Below are positions 28,101-39,200 of a stretch of DNA of 64,000 nucleotides, one piece after another. The position numbers were made by a program, and so were the translations under genes. Source of the DNA: a virus (lineage: Duplodnaviria; Caudoviricetes); IMG/VR virus record IMGVR_UViG_3300021958_000024; one strand, written 5' to 3'. Positions within the stretch are counted from its first letter, which is position 1; each line of letters starts with the position of its first letter. The notes beneath the pieces were generated by a model, which was not told the DNA's origin, did no database searches, and was given only the letters and a program-made list of their open reading frames with translations.

Positions 28101-31100
28101 TAACTAATGGTACTCATTACGCAGAAGAGTTTGTTGTAATGTCAACCTGGAATAAACAGGTCGATTATGTTGCTCCCATCGTTTCAAGTGGAACTGATAC
28201 TGGTATTGGAACGTTTGGTGCAATATCCAATGGATCTACTTGTAGTATAGTCTTTACTCCAGAACCAAATATCGATGTTGATGTTAGAACCTTCGAATAC
28301 AAGATTGGTTACTATGATCAAATAACAACTCCAGAACAAATCATTGATCTTGGAAACATGAAAGTTGATTCTGGATTTGGTGATTATGAAGGAACTGAAC
28401 TTTCAATCAAAAAATCATTTGAACTATATCATAAAGAACAACCATTATTCCAAAAAACTATTGATGCTACTCAAGCAAGTCAACTTGATATTGATAATAA
28501 TATTATCAGCACACCTGGACACTATTTTGTTACTGGAGAAGAGTTAGATTACTCATATAGATTCTCTGATGTTGGATTAACCGATAATGCTATTTCTATT
28601 GCGTCTACTACTGTTCCAGGAATAGGTCTTACCGATAAACTGCCCACAACGGTATATGCGGTTAAAGTAGACGAGTTAAGTATTCAAGTTGCAGCATCTG
28701 CATCTGATGCATTGGCATTTAATCCAAAAATCTTTGAGTTTGCGTCTTTAGGGATTACTACAGATCATAAATTTACATCTAAAAAACAAAATACAAGAAC
28801 TCTGATTTCTCTAGATAATATTGTTCAATCCCCAGTAGTTTCATCTGGAACAACTGCTCTATTGGCAATAGATTCAACTCCATTTAATGCTATCCTTGAG
28901 TTCCAATCTGTTGATGGATTCCAAGGTGGAGATCTGATTCAGATTGATAATGAAATCATGAGAATCTTTGTTATTGGATTTAATGATAATCCAAACTTTG
29001 TTTATTGTACAAGAGGATTTATTGGAACTAAGAGAAATACTCATCCAGCTGGAAGTGTAGTAACAAAAGTAACTGCAAACTATAATATAGTTGGCAATAC
29101 CATTTATTTCCCAGAAGCACCTTTTGGAAACATTCAGTTTGAAAACTCTCTCAACAAACCAGATGAAGTCGATTACTTTGGTATTGATGTAAGATCTAAG
29201 TTCAATGGTAGAGTTTTCTTAAGAAGCTCTTCTCCTGGGTCACAGTATGATCCATACAACGATAACTTTATCTTAGATACAGTATCCGATCAGTTTAATG
29301 GATATGATGATGAGTTTACTATCCAAAGTCTGGGTAGTAATGTGACAGGTATTGCATCACTAAATGCTGCAGTTCTTGTCAATAATGTTTTCCAGGTTCC
29401 AGATGGTCCATTCAATAATGGAAACTATTCAATGTTGGAAGTTGGTGGCGAAACTAAAATCAAGTTTACAGGATTTAGTAGCACCAGTTATTATGATATT
29501 AACCAATCTGGTTTACCAAGAGGAAGAATCATCCTTTCAGTTGGTTCTACTGCTGGACTTGGTTATCAACCTTTAGTTTCTGCTGGAGGAACCGCTACAA
29601 TATCTGGTACAGGATCAATTTCCAATATTTCTATTGGCAACTCTGGTTCTGGATATAGATCTGGAATCCAAACATATGTCAAGATTGGTGTTGTAACAAC
29701 ATCTTTAGATTCTGATGTAGAATACATTGGATTTGCAACTGTTTATAATGGGTCGGTGGTTTCTATTGCAATCACAAATCCAGGAACTGGTTATACCTCA
29801 TCAAATCCACCTCAAGTTATATTTGATGATCCAGAACCATATTGGAATATTCCTCTTCAATATCAAGCACCTTCTAGCGGACTGGGAACTGAGGCATATG
29901 TAGATCTTGTTGTAAGTCAAGATTCTAGTGTTTTAAGCTTTGAGGTAAGAAACTATGGTTATGGATTTAATGTTCGTGATCTATTAACAGTTCCTGTTGG
30001 TGGTGAAACTGGTATCCCAACTACATCGGATTATGGTGCATTCGAATACTTCACTATTATTGTAGATCGTTTATATGCAGATGATTTCTCTGCATGGCAT
30101 TTTGGAGAGTTGCAACCTATTGATTCTATTCAAGACCTCATTGATGGAAGTAGAAGATTCTTCCCAATCTATATTAATGGTCAACAAACAACTATTAGAT
30201 CAAAACCAGGATCTGGTATTGAAGTTAAATCTACACTTCTAGTATTTGTAAATGATATTTTACAAGTTCCAGATGAAGGTTATATTTTTGAAAATGGAAG
30301 TATTATTGAGTTCCCAGTTCCTCTAGAAATAGGAACAAAAGTAGATATAGTATTTTATAGGGGTTCTGGATCAGTTGACACTAGAAATGTAGACATTATT
30401 GAACCAATTGAAAAAGGTGATTTATTTACTATTAATAGCGATAATCCATTGTATTTGCAAAATGAACGTCAAGTATTTGATATTGTGAATACAAATACAG
30501 TTGAAACTATTGCGTATCCAGGTCCAGGATTAGATCAAAGTGAATCCATTATCAGACCTATTGCTCTTTGCCAACAAAAGAATGATATTGCAGTGAATGG
30601 TGGTTATGTTGGAAAATCTAGATCAATTTATGAACCATACATATCCCCAGTAGCAAGAGTGATTGATACTATCAATACAACTTCAACGGATATTTACGTT
30701 GATGGAGTTAAGATTTTCTTCGATGATCTTAGAGAATATTCTACTGAACAAACAAGAAAGCAAACGATAACAGTAGTATCACAAGAATCCATTACTTCAG
30801 CTGCTGGAACTGCTATTGTTTCTACTGCTGGAACTATTACTGGTGTTGTTATCAGTAATAGTGGTCTTGGATATACATTTACACCATCTGCATCTATTCC
30901 AAATCCAGACAATCTAACATTTACAAATAAAAATAACTTCTATACCAACCAAACAGTTCTACAAAGTAGCATTAGTAATGGATCAGTAGATTCAATAACT
31001 GTTGTTTCTTCTGGATCTGGATATACGGCAACGAATCCACCACAAGTCATTATTGAGTCTCCTAGAGCAATATATGAAGTTATAGAGAACGTTAGTTATG

Positions 31101-31627
31101 AAGGAGATTTTGGAGATGTGATTCAGATTAATAATGGAAATACATATCTGGACTTAGATTTATTTGTTCCATTAGATTCATATCTAAGAGATACAGATGT
31201 TGCTTCTGTTGGAGTTGCATCTACTGGTTTATCTGCACTACAAGTTGGTGATTATTTCATTTTAGATAACACAAATGTTGGTGATGGAATAACATCTAGA
31301 GATACCACAGGAACAGTAAATGTTTCTATTGGTAATAGCTTCTTAGACAATGTTTACCAAGTGCAGGCAGTTTCTACAGTATCATCTACTGTTCCAGGGG
31401 TAGGTGTTACCTTTGTAACTAGAGTGAGAGTAAATGTAGATTCTTCTACAAATAATGCTCCTGTAGGAGTAACTACCAGAGCAGGGACTTATACATGGGG
31501 TAAAATAACTAATCTAGGAAGAAGAATGCCAATGAGTTTTGTGGTTAATAGCAATCGTTTATCTGGAATAAATACATCACCTGTTGTTGTCAGGAAAAAT
31601 CGTTTAGATTATAAATCATACCTGTAA
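19136..31627 (+). CDS. g7: Giant baseplate wedge initiator (gp7-like), 4163 aa, with YHYH and repeated beta modules
   Basis: Between g6 and g8; EFYRSKGS and DSDYYQYFSYSVKS...HTVGF gp7 motifs; repeated G-x-G-Y...P modules. Confidence 0.85.
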   Translation: MEKVSLNSLVENLVPEYVREEYPLLVEFLKEYYISQETSGQSLDLIQNLAEYVKIDNLTNLVDSCNLTASISYYEKDIFVDTTRGFPSSQGLIQINDEVIFYDRSVEEEPIEFVGKIDIGFNEITSTEVEDTTSTVGWYVRVYNLDESKFIGEGLVTGTNDGNNIKVNFTPVPSSDIDGYETSDLYICKITRSKFTGCRRGFSGVTGLKDSVTSNKLIFTSTKASKHKNGDVVTNLNIILLKEFFRKIKVQIAPGFENEEFYDVINESTFVKNIKEFYRSKGSECSFDLLFKALYGKPVDIVIPSNYLVEPSSSRYSITKNLIVELIEGDASELENRTLYQDTQFNIPNTRGIITKLEKLQKDNKDFYRLYIDNSIEENYDSTYGNFTIHPKTKNTTRIEKNQTFVDVDSTIGFPLSGTLVLKDDFNLEYRVEYTSKTSTQFLGCTGLTRDFEENSDINLDVYSYVNVTGGQVKVRVTGVLDNSIESTILPSVKNLRKNDYLPIKTLGTEIKNDPRSSSWIYNIPKTYQVKSIELLDNTDFAYRVYFYEKHDLSVGQNITLTPVSDISGSYNGAVVEWNNQFSVIVRGSRVFLNENIKYDLEKKLNKSNFDGIINYPADVQNTYYDRKTDDIYVNSQSLPLYRPSFEVEELNVNKRIRAFSGIFKDQDTLDIGKHGFITGDAVVYKPRTVSYIPSYTLDANGVRSYKFINNETGDYENNPTLVLIRGKKYTFRNDMNQHPFRIQIESNGTVSDQYNDGIKNNDVSNGVLVWEVQEDTPDVLYYQCLNHQAMGGVINIIDEDEQKSLDIDKGIYFIEKVSPTQIKLYRSRTNIVKGQSVKFSGVVIQDTIESYDYVYKNLDSRKIEPQDIIRKIVRHPGHENSNVSAKITESGTIGIWRNGIELLNYKSKDFISYGQIKSLDVLSKGSGYDVINVPYLRITDPNGSGCVSNLSVKGYLSRIDILDKGFDYIETPVIKISGGNGTGAKAEVELEKYVHFSTFNASEVDLVNDSIGFSTYHKFKDGESIQYETLGQVAIAGLSTSSYYFVSLVDSYNVKLHKSKSDALDNRNPINLYQIGTGKHNLKSTNRKNRVKRVNISQNGYGYEQKYRSCPSSGISTYKDLIEIKDHGYQSGEIVTYNPKIAPVAGLSSGTDYYVLKNDDDSFRLCAITGISTQKDIFYKQKKYINFDGFIEGDHTFKYQDIVVTIEGRSSLSQEDLNADTNARIRPIFSGEIDSVFIENGGQKYGSQVSNFVSQPNIQILQGRNARLKPIIKNGEIISVIIQDPGKDYYSTPDVSVIGTGVGANLIPIVKDGYISDIIIENPGIGYQSEGTQALVVNRGISGSISANIQTWRINLVERYVSTGLISPEDSFLYEGKTKSRGIQYVHTYAPRKLREISLASRFLNGVEVFNPDLELINGVESVSLAHSPILGWAYDGNPIYGPYAYSSQTGGRIIQMTSGYELRTDLNKDKNRPNLVDFPPGFFIEDYTFTGNGTLDKHNGRYCVTPDYPNGVYAYFCTVNTEVDSNGLFKSYRRPVFPYVIGNAYISSPTEFNFKSTSTLEYFDLNTSDLTRNTAPYSLLADTINYPYLKYDKAYRNQNAIVKSTKFGSVTSVGIVTGGYNYKVGDRVVFDGQIDTFKAKGMVSKVKGVDVESISLLHSESQKCNIIKTSKVFTAFTEDPHGYTPGESVTLTFNNELLTTTEINVKFNIITLKQNLDIPSVTGIVTHISVATIFDLIYPNDVYELNNEKIKVLRVESNKSRLLVQREYDGSIGSTHQVSSGFIEVPRKFTFSPQNSFITTSFTNSLENPLYFIPSENVGLNTVTINISNHPLITGDLLDYSNEGGTSITVENENGSFLLSDVEQIYAVKINSNLIGLTTVSSGITTDPQLLLFTNVGLGSVHSLTPRYSNVLECDISDDRVLVTTSTPHGLSVGDRFDLYVESGISTTYKVEYNKRNRAVIIGRRDFESSDVNTLKNFITIENHKYQSGQQVIYLSSNPAITTGLDHDKVYYVSAITSNRIKLAEQKYDALLGINAVDITASLAGSILPINSPLEVVKYEDIIFDLSDSSLSIDNEREKEAFDFRLYWDHMLTHEFYTTAKQRSFDLTYNGSIGISSDAKATLRNSSNLPKEIYYNLVPKRRFGNNTENLELYTYKNRSDDGYINNSINVVDSKFSNTYKINSNTSNTFTAPIFNDPERYEYTSGRGNVLNYFVKSPVVEGSIAEIEIQSRGEGYKSIPKIDKIVSENGSGAILKVESNNIGTPLNIEFDDIGYDYYSDNTIRPSSKTPTIIELDYLSSVKEVKVISPGKNYSTAPDIIIIDGYTNKLVEDLEFKYNIFTRKVDIIKNTYNLSEYSPKILTINNSNGIGINTITFNEDNKHVTVELSPSYSFLQDFPFEIGDKVLVENVSVGIATTGKGYNSENYNYTTFTIIDRDPALGGIGATVTYSLQNLLGEGESPGKFNVFNSVGRIVPLKYLPTFEIETQKSKFFSNEPVVGTSGARGNIQSIDYDRDIIKVYTLDDFKVGDVLRGLVSGRRSRVLKVVSDEIDFPVTSGSVVRNGWSTRKGFLNDPEQRIHDSDYYQYFSYSVKSEVDYETWNPYVSNLVHTVGFKKFSDILVPSEPNSFVGIETIQSSGDISGIADIHRVIDVDCYQDFDTITETTSIINETRKSKEVILRSRLLQDYIESIGNRVLELDDISSEFNQVVRSTRYSTIDAYERVVGFRKYFVIVENIDNPYERQAGVVLLLSDGLNVFNVDYAKLFPQTTIGDFDAEISGTEVLLRFFPISYKTTNYLVFVTSLEIDASTVGVGSISESILGDAVHMYSEQIPSIGPGVSEVFRLSLNDTTNKLIIHVGADNGYVQTEELIITTDGTDLFVNEYGFLNSSGGGSDSTPGIATFTYSIDGSEIIVTGAFDSPNSNEFQVDASITAFSSTNTGVGTAAVNGALLETTYTSFSASPTPTASTLSSFGGRYDATYVIASVQDLTNGTHYAEEFVVMSTWNKQVDYVAPIVSSGTDTGIGTFGAISNGSTCSIVFTPEPNIDVDVRTFEYKIGYYDQITTPEQIIDLGNMKVDSGFGDYEGTELSIKKSFELYHKEQPLFQKTIDATQASQLDIDNNIISTPGHYFVTGEELDYSYRFSDVGLTDNAISIASTTVPGIGLTDKLPTTVYAVKVDELSIQVAASASDALAFNPKIFEFASLGITTDHKFTSKKQNTRTLISLDNIVQSPVVSSGTTALLAIDSTPFNAILEFQSVDGFQGGDLIQIDNEIMRIFVIGFNDNPNFVYCTRGFIGTKRNTHPAGSVVTKVTANYNIVGNTIYFPEAPFGNIQFENSLNKPDEVDYFGIDVRSKFNGRVFLRSSSPGSQYDPYNDNFILDTVSDQFNGYDDEFTIQSLGSNVTGIASLNAAVLVNNVFQVPDGPFNNGNYSMLEVGGETKIKFTGFSSTSYYDINQSGLPRGRIILSVGSTAGLGYQPLVSAGGTATISGTGSISNISIGNSGSGYRSGIQTYVKIGVVTTSLDSDVEYIGFATVYNGSVVSIAITNPGTGYTSSNPPQVIFDDPEPYWNIPLQYQAPSSGLGTEAYVDLVVSQDSSVLSFEVRNYGYGFNVRDLLTVPVGGETGIPTTSDYGAFEYFTIIVDRLYADDFSAWHFGELQPIDSIQDLIDGSRRFFPIYINGQQTTIRSKPGSGIEVKSTLLVFVNDILQVPDEGYIFENGSIIEFPVPLEIGTKVDIVFYRGSGSVDTRNVDIIEPIEKGDLFTINSDNPLYLQNERQVFDIVNTNTVETIAYPGPGLDQSESIIRPIALCQQKNDIAVNGGYVGKSRSIYEPYISPVARVIDTINTTSTDIYVDGVKIFFDDLREYSTEQTRKQTITVVSQESITSAAGTAIVSTAGTITGVVISNSGLGYTFTPSASIPNPDNLTFTNKNNFYTNQTVLQSSISNGSVDSITVVSSGSGYTATNPPQVIIESPRAIYEVIENVSYEGDFGDVIQINNGNTYLDLDLFVPLDSYLRDTDVASVGVASTGLSALQVGDYFILDNTNVGDGITSRDTTGTVNVSIGNSFLDNVYQVQAVSTVSSTVPGVGVTFVTRVRVNVDSSTNNAPVGVTTRAGTYTWGKITNLGRRMPMSFVVNSNRLSGINTSPVVVRKNRLDYKSYL

Positions 31628-31655
31628 ACCTCATAAATAGATAAAAAGTCTACCA

Positions 31656-33230
31656 ATGTCAGCAATTATAACTGATCAACTAAGAATATTTAATGCGGAG
31701 AACTTTGTCAATACCATTGGTGTTTCTTCAAACTCTTATTATGCATTCATTGGTCTCCCAAATGCAACTGAATATGACTCTGAGTGGGATATAACACCAC
31801 CATCTCCTAAAGATTGTTTTGACGAAGAGAATGATTATTGGGACACTATGACATCCTTAAAAAGGATTTCTAAAAATGATGTTAAAAGAGTCATTAGAAA
31901 GATCCAATGGGAAAGTGGATTTACTTATGACATGTATAGACATGATATAAGTAGAACAAACTTATCACAACCATCTGAAGCAACTAGTCTATATTATTCA
32001 AACTTTTATGTAGTGAATAAGGATTATAAAGTTTATATTTGTATTCACAATGGTACTGATGAAAATAACTTTTCAGGTAAACCTTCATTGGATGAACCAC
32101 TGTTTACCGATTTAGAACCAAAACCTGCTGGTAGCAGTAATGATGGTTATTTGTGGAAATATTTGTATACTATTAATCCATCGGATATCATTAAGTTTGA
32201 TGGTATTGATTATATACCACTTCCAGATGAGTGGGGTGTAGATGAATCATCTTCAGCGATCAAACTTCATGCTTCTACTAGTGGACAGATAAAAAATGCA
32301 GTAATCGCTGATAGTGGTGCAAATATTGGTCCAGCAAATCAAGTTTATAATAGAGTACCTATTAAAGGTGATGGATCTGGAGCGGAAGCTACAGTTATTA
32401 TCGATTCCGAATCTAGGTTAGATTCTGTCATCATTACTAATGGTGGATCTGGATACACATATGCAGTATTAGATTTTGCTGGTGGCGGTTTACCAGTAGA
32501 TACTATTGGTTATGAAGAACCAGATGTTGATGTTATCATTCCACCTCAAGGAGGTCATGGATACAACATTTATAAAGAGTTAGGCGCAACGAGAGTATTA
32601 GTTTATTGTAGAATTGAAAATGATTTACAAAATCCAGATTTTATTCTTGGAAATCAAGTTGCTAGATTTGGTATTGTAAAAAATCCACTAAAATATGGAT
32701 CTAATGATATCCTTGATGATGATAAAGTAAGTGCATTACATGCAATTAAGCTTATTGGAAACATTTCTGATGGTAGATATTTACCAGATAGCATTATTAC
32801 ACAAAATGTTTCAACAGGTACTACTGCTGTTGGAAGAGTAGTTTCTTACAATGAAAATACTGGGGTTCTTAAATATTGGCAAGATAGAACTCTTTATGGA
32901 TTTAACTTTGACAAATCTAGAGACTATACTCCATCATATGGATATGGTAAAGTTGATTTTACTTCCAATGTCGGTGGTGGTGGAAGTTTATTGATTATCG
33001 GTGAAGTTTCTTCATTAGAGATTGATACAGATTTCGGAACAGAATCTAATCCTGGTATAACAACTGTAATAAATAATAGGACCTACAGTTTAGGTCAAGA
33101 ATTTCAAAATGGGATATCAAATCCAGAAGTTAAAAAATACTCTGGAGACATTATCTATGTTGATAATAGACCGTCCATTACAAGATCCCAAAACCAAAAA
33201 GAAGATATCAAGGTAATCTTGCAGTTTTAA
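31656..33230 (+). CDS. g8: Baseplate wedge subunit gp8
   Basis: MSAIITDQLRI, YDMYRHD, YKVYICI, DGYLWKYLY, QKEDIKVILQF; ATAAATA at 31633. Confidence 0.93.
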   Translation: MSAIITDQLRIFNAENFVNTIGVSSNSYYAFIGLPNATEYDSEWDITPPSPKDCFDEENDYWDTMTSLKRISKNDVKRVIRKIQWESGFTYDMYRHDISRTNLSQPSEATSLYYSNFYVVNKDYKVYICIHNGTDENNFSGKPSLDEPLFTDLEPKPAGSSNDGYLWKYLYTINPSDIIKFDGIDYIPLPDEWGVDESSSAIKLHASTSGQIKNAVIADSGANIGPANQVYNRVPIKGDGSGAEATVIIDSESRLDSVIITNGGSGYTYAVLDFAGGGLPVDTIGYEEPDVDVIIPPQGGHGYNIYKELGATRVLVYCRIENDLQNPDFILGNQVARFGIVKNPLKYGSNDILDDDKVSALHAIKLIGNISDGRYLPDSIITQNVSTGTTAVGRVVSYNENTGVLKYWQDRTLYGFNFDKSRDYTPSYGYGKVDFTSNVGGGGSLLIIGEVSSLEIDTDFGTESNPGITTVINNRTYSLGQEFQNGISNPEVKKYSGDIIYVDNRPSITRSQNQKEDIKVILQF

Positions 33231-33236
33231 AGAATT

Positions 33237-36200
33237 ATGCCATCAAAAACGAATCTAAACGTCTTTCCTTATTTTGATGACTTTGATGAGGACAAAAACT
33301 ATTATAAAGTTCTTTTTAAACCTGGATATCCCATTCAGGCTAGAGAGTTATCAAACGTACAATCGATACTGCAAAATCAGATCGAACAGTTTGGAAACCA
33401 CGTTTTTAAAGAAGGATCTGTTGTAATCCCAGGTAATATTAGTTTTACCAGGATTACTGGCGTTGAGGTTCAAAATACATTTAATGCTATTGATATTGAT
33501 CAATACATTAATAATGCTAAGATGTACGGATACGTTATTGTTGGCAGAGATAGTGGTCTAAGAGCTAAAGTTGTTAAGGTACTTAGAAAAATCGATTATC
33601 CAGATTTAAATAATACTCTGGTATATTTTCAGTATTTAAATACTGGAACCAATAATGAAACTGAGTTTCAACCAGGAGAATCTCTCTACGCAGAATCTGA
33701 GATTCTTCCTGTATTGAGGCGTGGTGTAACTTCTTCCACTCTCGTAAATGTAAAAACTCAAAGTACTGAAGACATTTTTGGTGATCGTGGTGTACAAAGT
33801 ACCATTGTAACTGCTTCAAGATCATCAAGCAATATTTCTGGACAATATCAATACGAAAATGTTAGTACTATTGATGATATTACTCTTAGAAGTGGTCAAG
33901 ATTTCTTATTAGTAAAAACTCCTATTATTGGATCAGCAGCTATTATTAGCGAAGGTGTATATTTTCTAAGAGGAAACTTTGTTAATGTTGATGAAGAGTT
34001 ACTAGTTGTAGATAGGTTTAGTTTCTTAGCAAATGCAAAGATTGGACTAAGTATTACTGAGCAGATTATAACTTCAGATAATGATTCAACTCTATTTGAT
34101 AACTCTAGAGGATTTTCAAACTATGCTGCTCCTGGAGCAGATAGATTAAAAATCACAGCAAGATTAGCATCTTTAGATTTAGATGATGATCAAACAGATA
34201 ACTTTATTGAACTTACAAGAGTAGAAGACGGCAATATTGTATTCTTAAATAGAAATCCTGAGTACAATGAGCTTGGCAATGAACTCGCCAGAAGAACTTA
34301 CGATGGGTCTGGAGATTATTATATTACACCATTTACTCTAACCGTAGAGGAATCTCTAAATGACTTAGAGGGTAGCAGAGGTGTATTTAAAGAAGGAGAA
34401 GTAACTAGAGAACAAAATACACCCAAGGAAAGTATGGGAGTATTTAAACTATCTCCAGGAAAAGCATATGTTAAAGGATATGAGATTGAAAGGTTAGCTA
34501 GTACTTTAATCGATTTTGAAAAACCTAGAGATACTAAAACATTATTAAATCAGTCCATCCAATATGCCCCTGGAACAGGTCTAACTCTTAATAGGTTACA
34601 TGGAACACCAAAGATTGGTATTTCAACCTATCACGTTTCTTTGAGAGATTCTAGACTGGGATCAAATAATTTAGAAGCATCTGGCAAAGAGATTGGATTG
34701 AGCAGAGTATATGATTTTGCTCTAGAATCTGGTGCATACAACACAAGCAATCTAGATCTCAATGAGTGGGATCTAAATGCATATGATTTAGATTTCTATA
34801 CAGAGATTACATTAAACCAACCAGTAACAGAAACTGTTCCATCAAAAATTGATGGCAAATATACTGGAGCATTTTCTTTCTTAAGGTTTGGTGCATCAAA
34901 TGCAGGTGTGGTTACTGCATATAGTAGTTCTGGAAGATATTCCATTGGAGAAAAAATCACTTTTAGTAATGGAGAAACTAGAGTAATCACAAATATTAGA
35001 TCATATGGTATTGATGATACCAAATCAGTTTACGGAAATGTCGGATTATCTACATTTACTGGTGATCTAAAGCAATCCAAAAAAGTTTCTTTGGGAAGTG
35101 TTGCTATTCAAGGCGAATCTGCTGGAGTATCTACAGTAACATCACCATCAACCGTATTTACTAATATTTGTGAAGATGGAGATTTAGTATCTTATACTAT
35201 CGGTGAAAATACTGTACCAAATTTTGCAAAGATTCAATCAGTATCGACTAATAGTATTGTTATTGAACCAGTTCAATCGGTTTCTGGTATTTGTATAGGA
35301 ACTCTTCCAGTATCAACAACTACTGGATTAGATTTTGCTATTTTAACTACAGAAAGACAAGTTGGTAATAACGCATTATATACTCCGTTCCCCAAGCAAA
35401 ATATTGAATCTGTAGACCTTAGTGAGTCTAGAATTTCTATTAGAAGAGAGTATTCTGTTACTATTGCAGGTAATGGTTTTAACATTTCAGCATCTACATT
35501 ATCTGCAAATGAATCTTTCCAACCATATGATGAAGAAAGATATTCTTTGGTAACTCTTGATGGAACTATTATTCCATTAGAAAGTGGAAACTTTGCATTC
35601 TCAAATGGTGGTAGAGAAGTTACATTAACTAATCTCACTACTAATGGTCAAGCAAGATTTATTGCTTCACTGTACAAATCAACAGTTAAGAGTAGAGCAA
35701 AAGTTAAAAAGATTGAAGTTGCTACATTATCAAAATCATCTCTTGAGCAATCTGGTGTAAATATCGCTGGTGTTGGCGCAACAACTTTAAATGATGGTTT
35801 AGTATTTGGAAACTATCCATATGGCACAAGAGTTCAAGATGATAGAATCTGTTTAAATCATCCAGAAGTCATTAGATTGTATGGTGTTTTCGAATCAAGA
35901 ACTACAGAAGATCCGATTTTACCGAAGTTAACAATAACTAATATTCTAACTTCTGAAAAGTCCCCAACAACTGCAAATAACATTAAAGTTGGTGAGCGTT
36001 TAATCGGAAGCACTTCAGAATGTGTTTTAGTATGCACTAATATTATAAATCCTTCAACTATTGAAGTTGTATCGGTAAATAAAAAAACTCCTTCCACTTC
36101 TGAAGCAATAAAAGGCAAAGAAACTGGCATAACGGCAGAAGTAGTAAACTATATCGATACGCAAAGCGTTAATATCACTGATAGATATTTACTTGAGTCT

Positions 36201-39200
36201 GGAGAGACTTCTCAAGCATATACATATTCATTCTTAAAGAGAGTTTCTAGTTCAGCATCTCCAAAAAGAAGGATTAAAGTCGTTTATGACAGGGTATATA
36301 TTCCATCTGACGATGCTGGAGATGTCGTATGTGTAAACTCGTATTCCAGTATTCCCAGAAATACAATTTCATCGGCACCAGGTCAGACATCAAAAACTGA
36401 TATTTTAGATTTAAGACCTATTCCAGATCCTTTCCTCGTTTATGAGGGTCAAAGATCTCCATTTGAGTTCTTTGGAAAGAACTACAGTGAAACTAATAAC
36501 TCATTTAGGGACATTTTAGTTGCGGATGAAGATATTATCTTAAACTACACATTCTATCTCGGTAGAGTAGATAGAATATTCTTGGATATTAATGAGCAGA
36601 TTATTGTCAAGAAAGGTGTTGCATCAGAATCTCTAGATCCTCCAGAATCTCCAGCAAATGCTCTTGAGATTGCTAGAGTTACTTTTGCACCATATGCAAA
36701 AAATGCAAGAAAAGCAGCAGATATTCAACTTTTAACACATAAAAGATATAGAATGTCTGATATCTCTAAGTTAGAGAATAGAATTAAAAATCTTGAGTAT
36801 TATACGACATTAAATCTACTAGAGCAATCAACTTCAGCGTTATCTGTTCCAGATTCTAATGGACTGAATAGATTTAAGTCTGGTTTCTTTGTTGATGATT
36901 TCTCAACCAGAAATAATCAATATGTTGTTGAGGGTCAGATTAAGAACTCAAATGATAAAGTAAATAGAGAACTACGTCCAGCTTGTTATACTACAGAGCT
37001 TGATTTAACTTTAGCAAATAATATTAACTATAACACTAACAATGCTCCATCTGTTCATCCAGTAAAGGGCATTTCACGAAGTGTGTATGATGATGTTAAG
37101 TTTACTCAAATATCAAATATTATTGGAAATAATATCCAAATAACTGGTGGTGGTGGAGCTCGTAATGAAAATACAGGTAAGGGACTACTAACTTTAGCAT
37201 ATAATGAGGAGATTAGGATCAGACAATCTTTTTCCACAAGAGTAGTAAATGTTACTCCGTATCTTGTAACAAACTATTATGGTCAGATTGATTTAAACCC
37301 ATCTTCCGATGTTTGGAGCGAAGAGACTATTCTAGAACCACTAATCATTACTGGTATTGAAGGTAGAGTCATTGAAGAAAGTCCTAGTTTTACTGCTCAA
37401 GAGTTTGCATCTCAGGATGGATTTGATCCTGTAAGTTGGGGATCTTGGAGAAACAACTGGACTGGATCTTCTCAAGCAGTTATTGGTAGAGGTTCAGTTA
37501 GTAGTTCTTCAACATCGCAGAGTGGAAATACAGTAACTGTTGCCACAACAACAACTAGTGGTAATGTTGTACAAACTACTAATACTGGTACTGCAACTCA
37601 GCAAGGTACAACTACTAGGATAACTAATCCTATTGAAGATAAAAATCTAGGAAATAGAGTTGTATCAGCTTCTAGTGCTGCTTATTTGAGATCAAGAAAT
37701 GTTGAATTCATCGCTAAGAAGATGAAACCAAGCACAAGATTATACGCTTTCTTTGATGATCAGGATGTTACTGCACTTTGTACGCCAAAACTATTAGAAA
37801 TAGAAATGGTCGATGGATCATTTACTATTGGTGAAGATGTTATATTCTATGATGAAAATAACTTTGTGATAGCGGGATATCGTTGTGCAGCACCAAATCA
37901 TCAATATGGCAACATTAATGATCCAAATGCTCAAACTTTCTATGATAGAAGTCCTTATGATCAGAGTTTATTACCAACTGTTTATACAGAGTCTTCAAAT
38001 ATTTTAAATGTAGATACAACTGCTTCTGGTGATTATTCTTCTGGTTATGGTGGAAATGTTTTAATAGGTGCTAGAGCGGAAGGTGTTACGAGTGGAGCAG
38101 TTGCTACGATTTCAAATAAGAGATTATTTACAGATCAAGTTGGCGTTGTTATTGGATCATTATTTGTACCAAATCCAAACGATGATACTAATCAAAGATT
38201 TACTACTGGTGCTATTTCGTTCAAAGTTTCAAACGACCAATCTAATGATATTATTCTTGGCGTAGAGACTACAGAAGCTACTGGACAGTTCTTCTCTTCT
38301 GGATTTATTACTCAAACACAAGAAACTACAATCCAAGTAAGAAATACTCTGATTGAATCTGCTACTATTACTAGAGAAAGAGCGATTGTTTCTACATCTA
38401 CGGCATTTGTACCAACTAATACTACCACAAGTAGTTTTTCATTCACAGTATCTCCACCAGCACCGCCAAATAGACATGATCCACTAGCACAGTCATTCTT
38501 TATCCCAAATGCTGCTGGTGTATTTGTGACTCACATGGATCTTTATTTCCAGGCAAAGTCTGAAGATCTTCCAGTATATGTTGAACTGAGATCAATGGAA
38601 CTTGGACTTCCAACTACAGAAGTTTATCCATTAAGTAGAGTTGAGCTGTTACCAAGTCAGGTTAATATTTCTGATGATGCTGCTGTACCAACAAGAGTTA
38701 ATTTCCAAGGACCAGTTTACTTAGAAGGTAATAAAGAGCATTGTATTGTATTATTATCTGATGTTACTGATTATTATGTTTGGATTTCTAGACTAGGAGA
38801 AACTACATTTGGTGTTAATGGTGAAGAAATTGCTATTACTACCCAGAATGAACTAGGATCTCTATTTAAATCTCAGAATGGATCAACTTGGAGTCCAAGT
38901 CAATATGAAGATCTTAAGTTTACACTATTTAATGCAAGATTTGTAGAACAGGGTAGTGTAACTCTTGTTAATAGTGATGTTTCTCAAGTAAATAATCTCT
39001 ATAAAGATCCACTCAAAACATATTCTAAAACACAAAGAGTTTCTCTTGGTGCGACTATAACTGATACTAACTTAAGGATTGGAAATACCATATATCAAGA
39101 AGATTCTAATGCAAGTGGTGTTTATATTGGAAATGCTGGTATTGCAACTGGAAATCTTTCTTTAGCAAATGCTGGCATTGGATATACTCCTTTTGAGTTT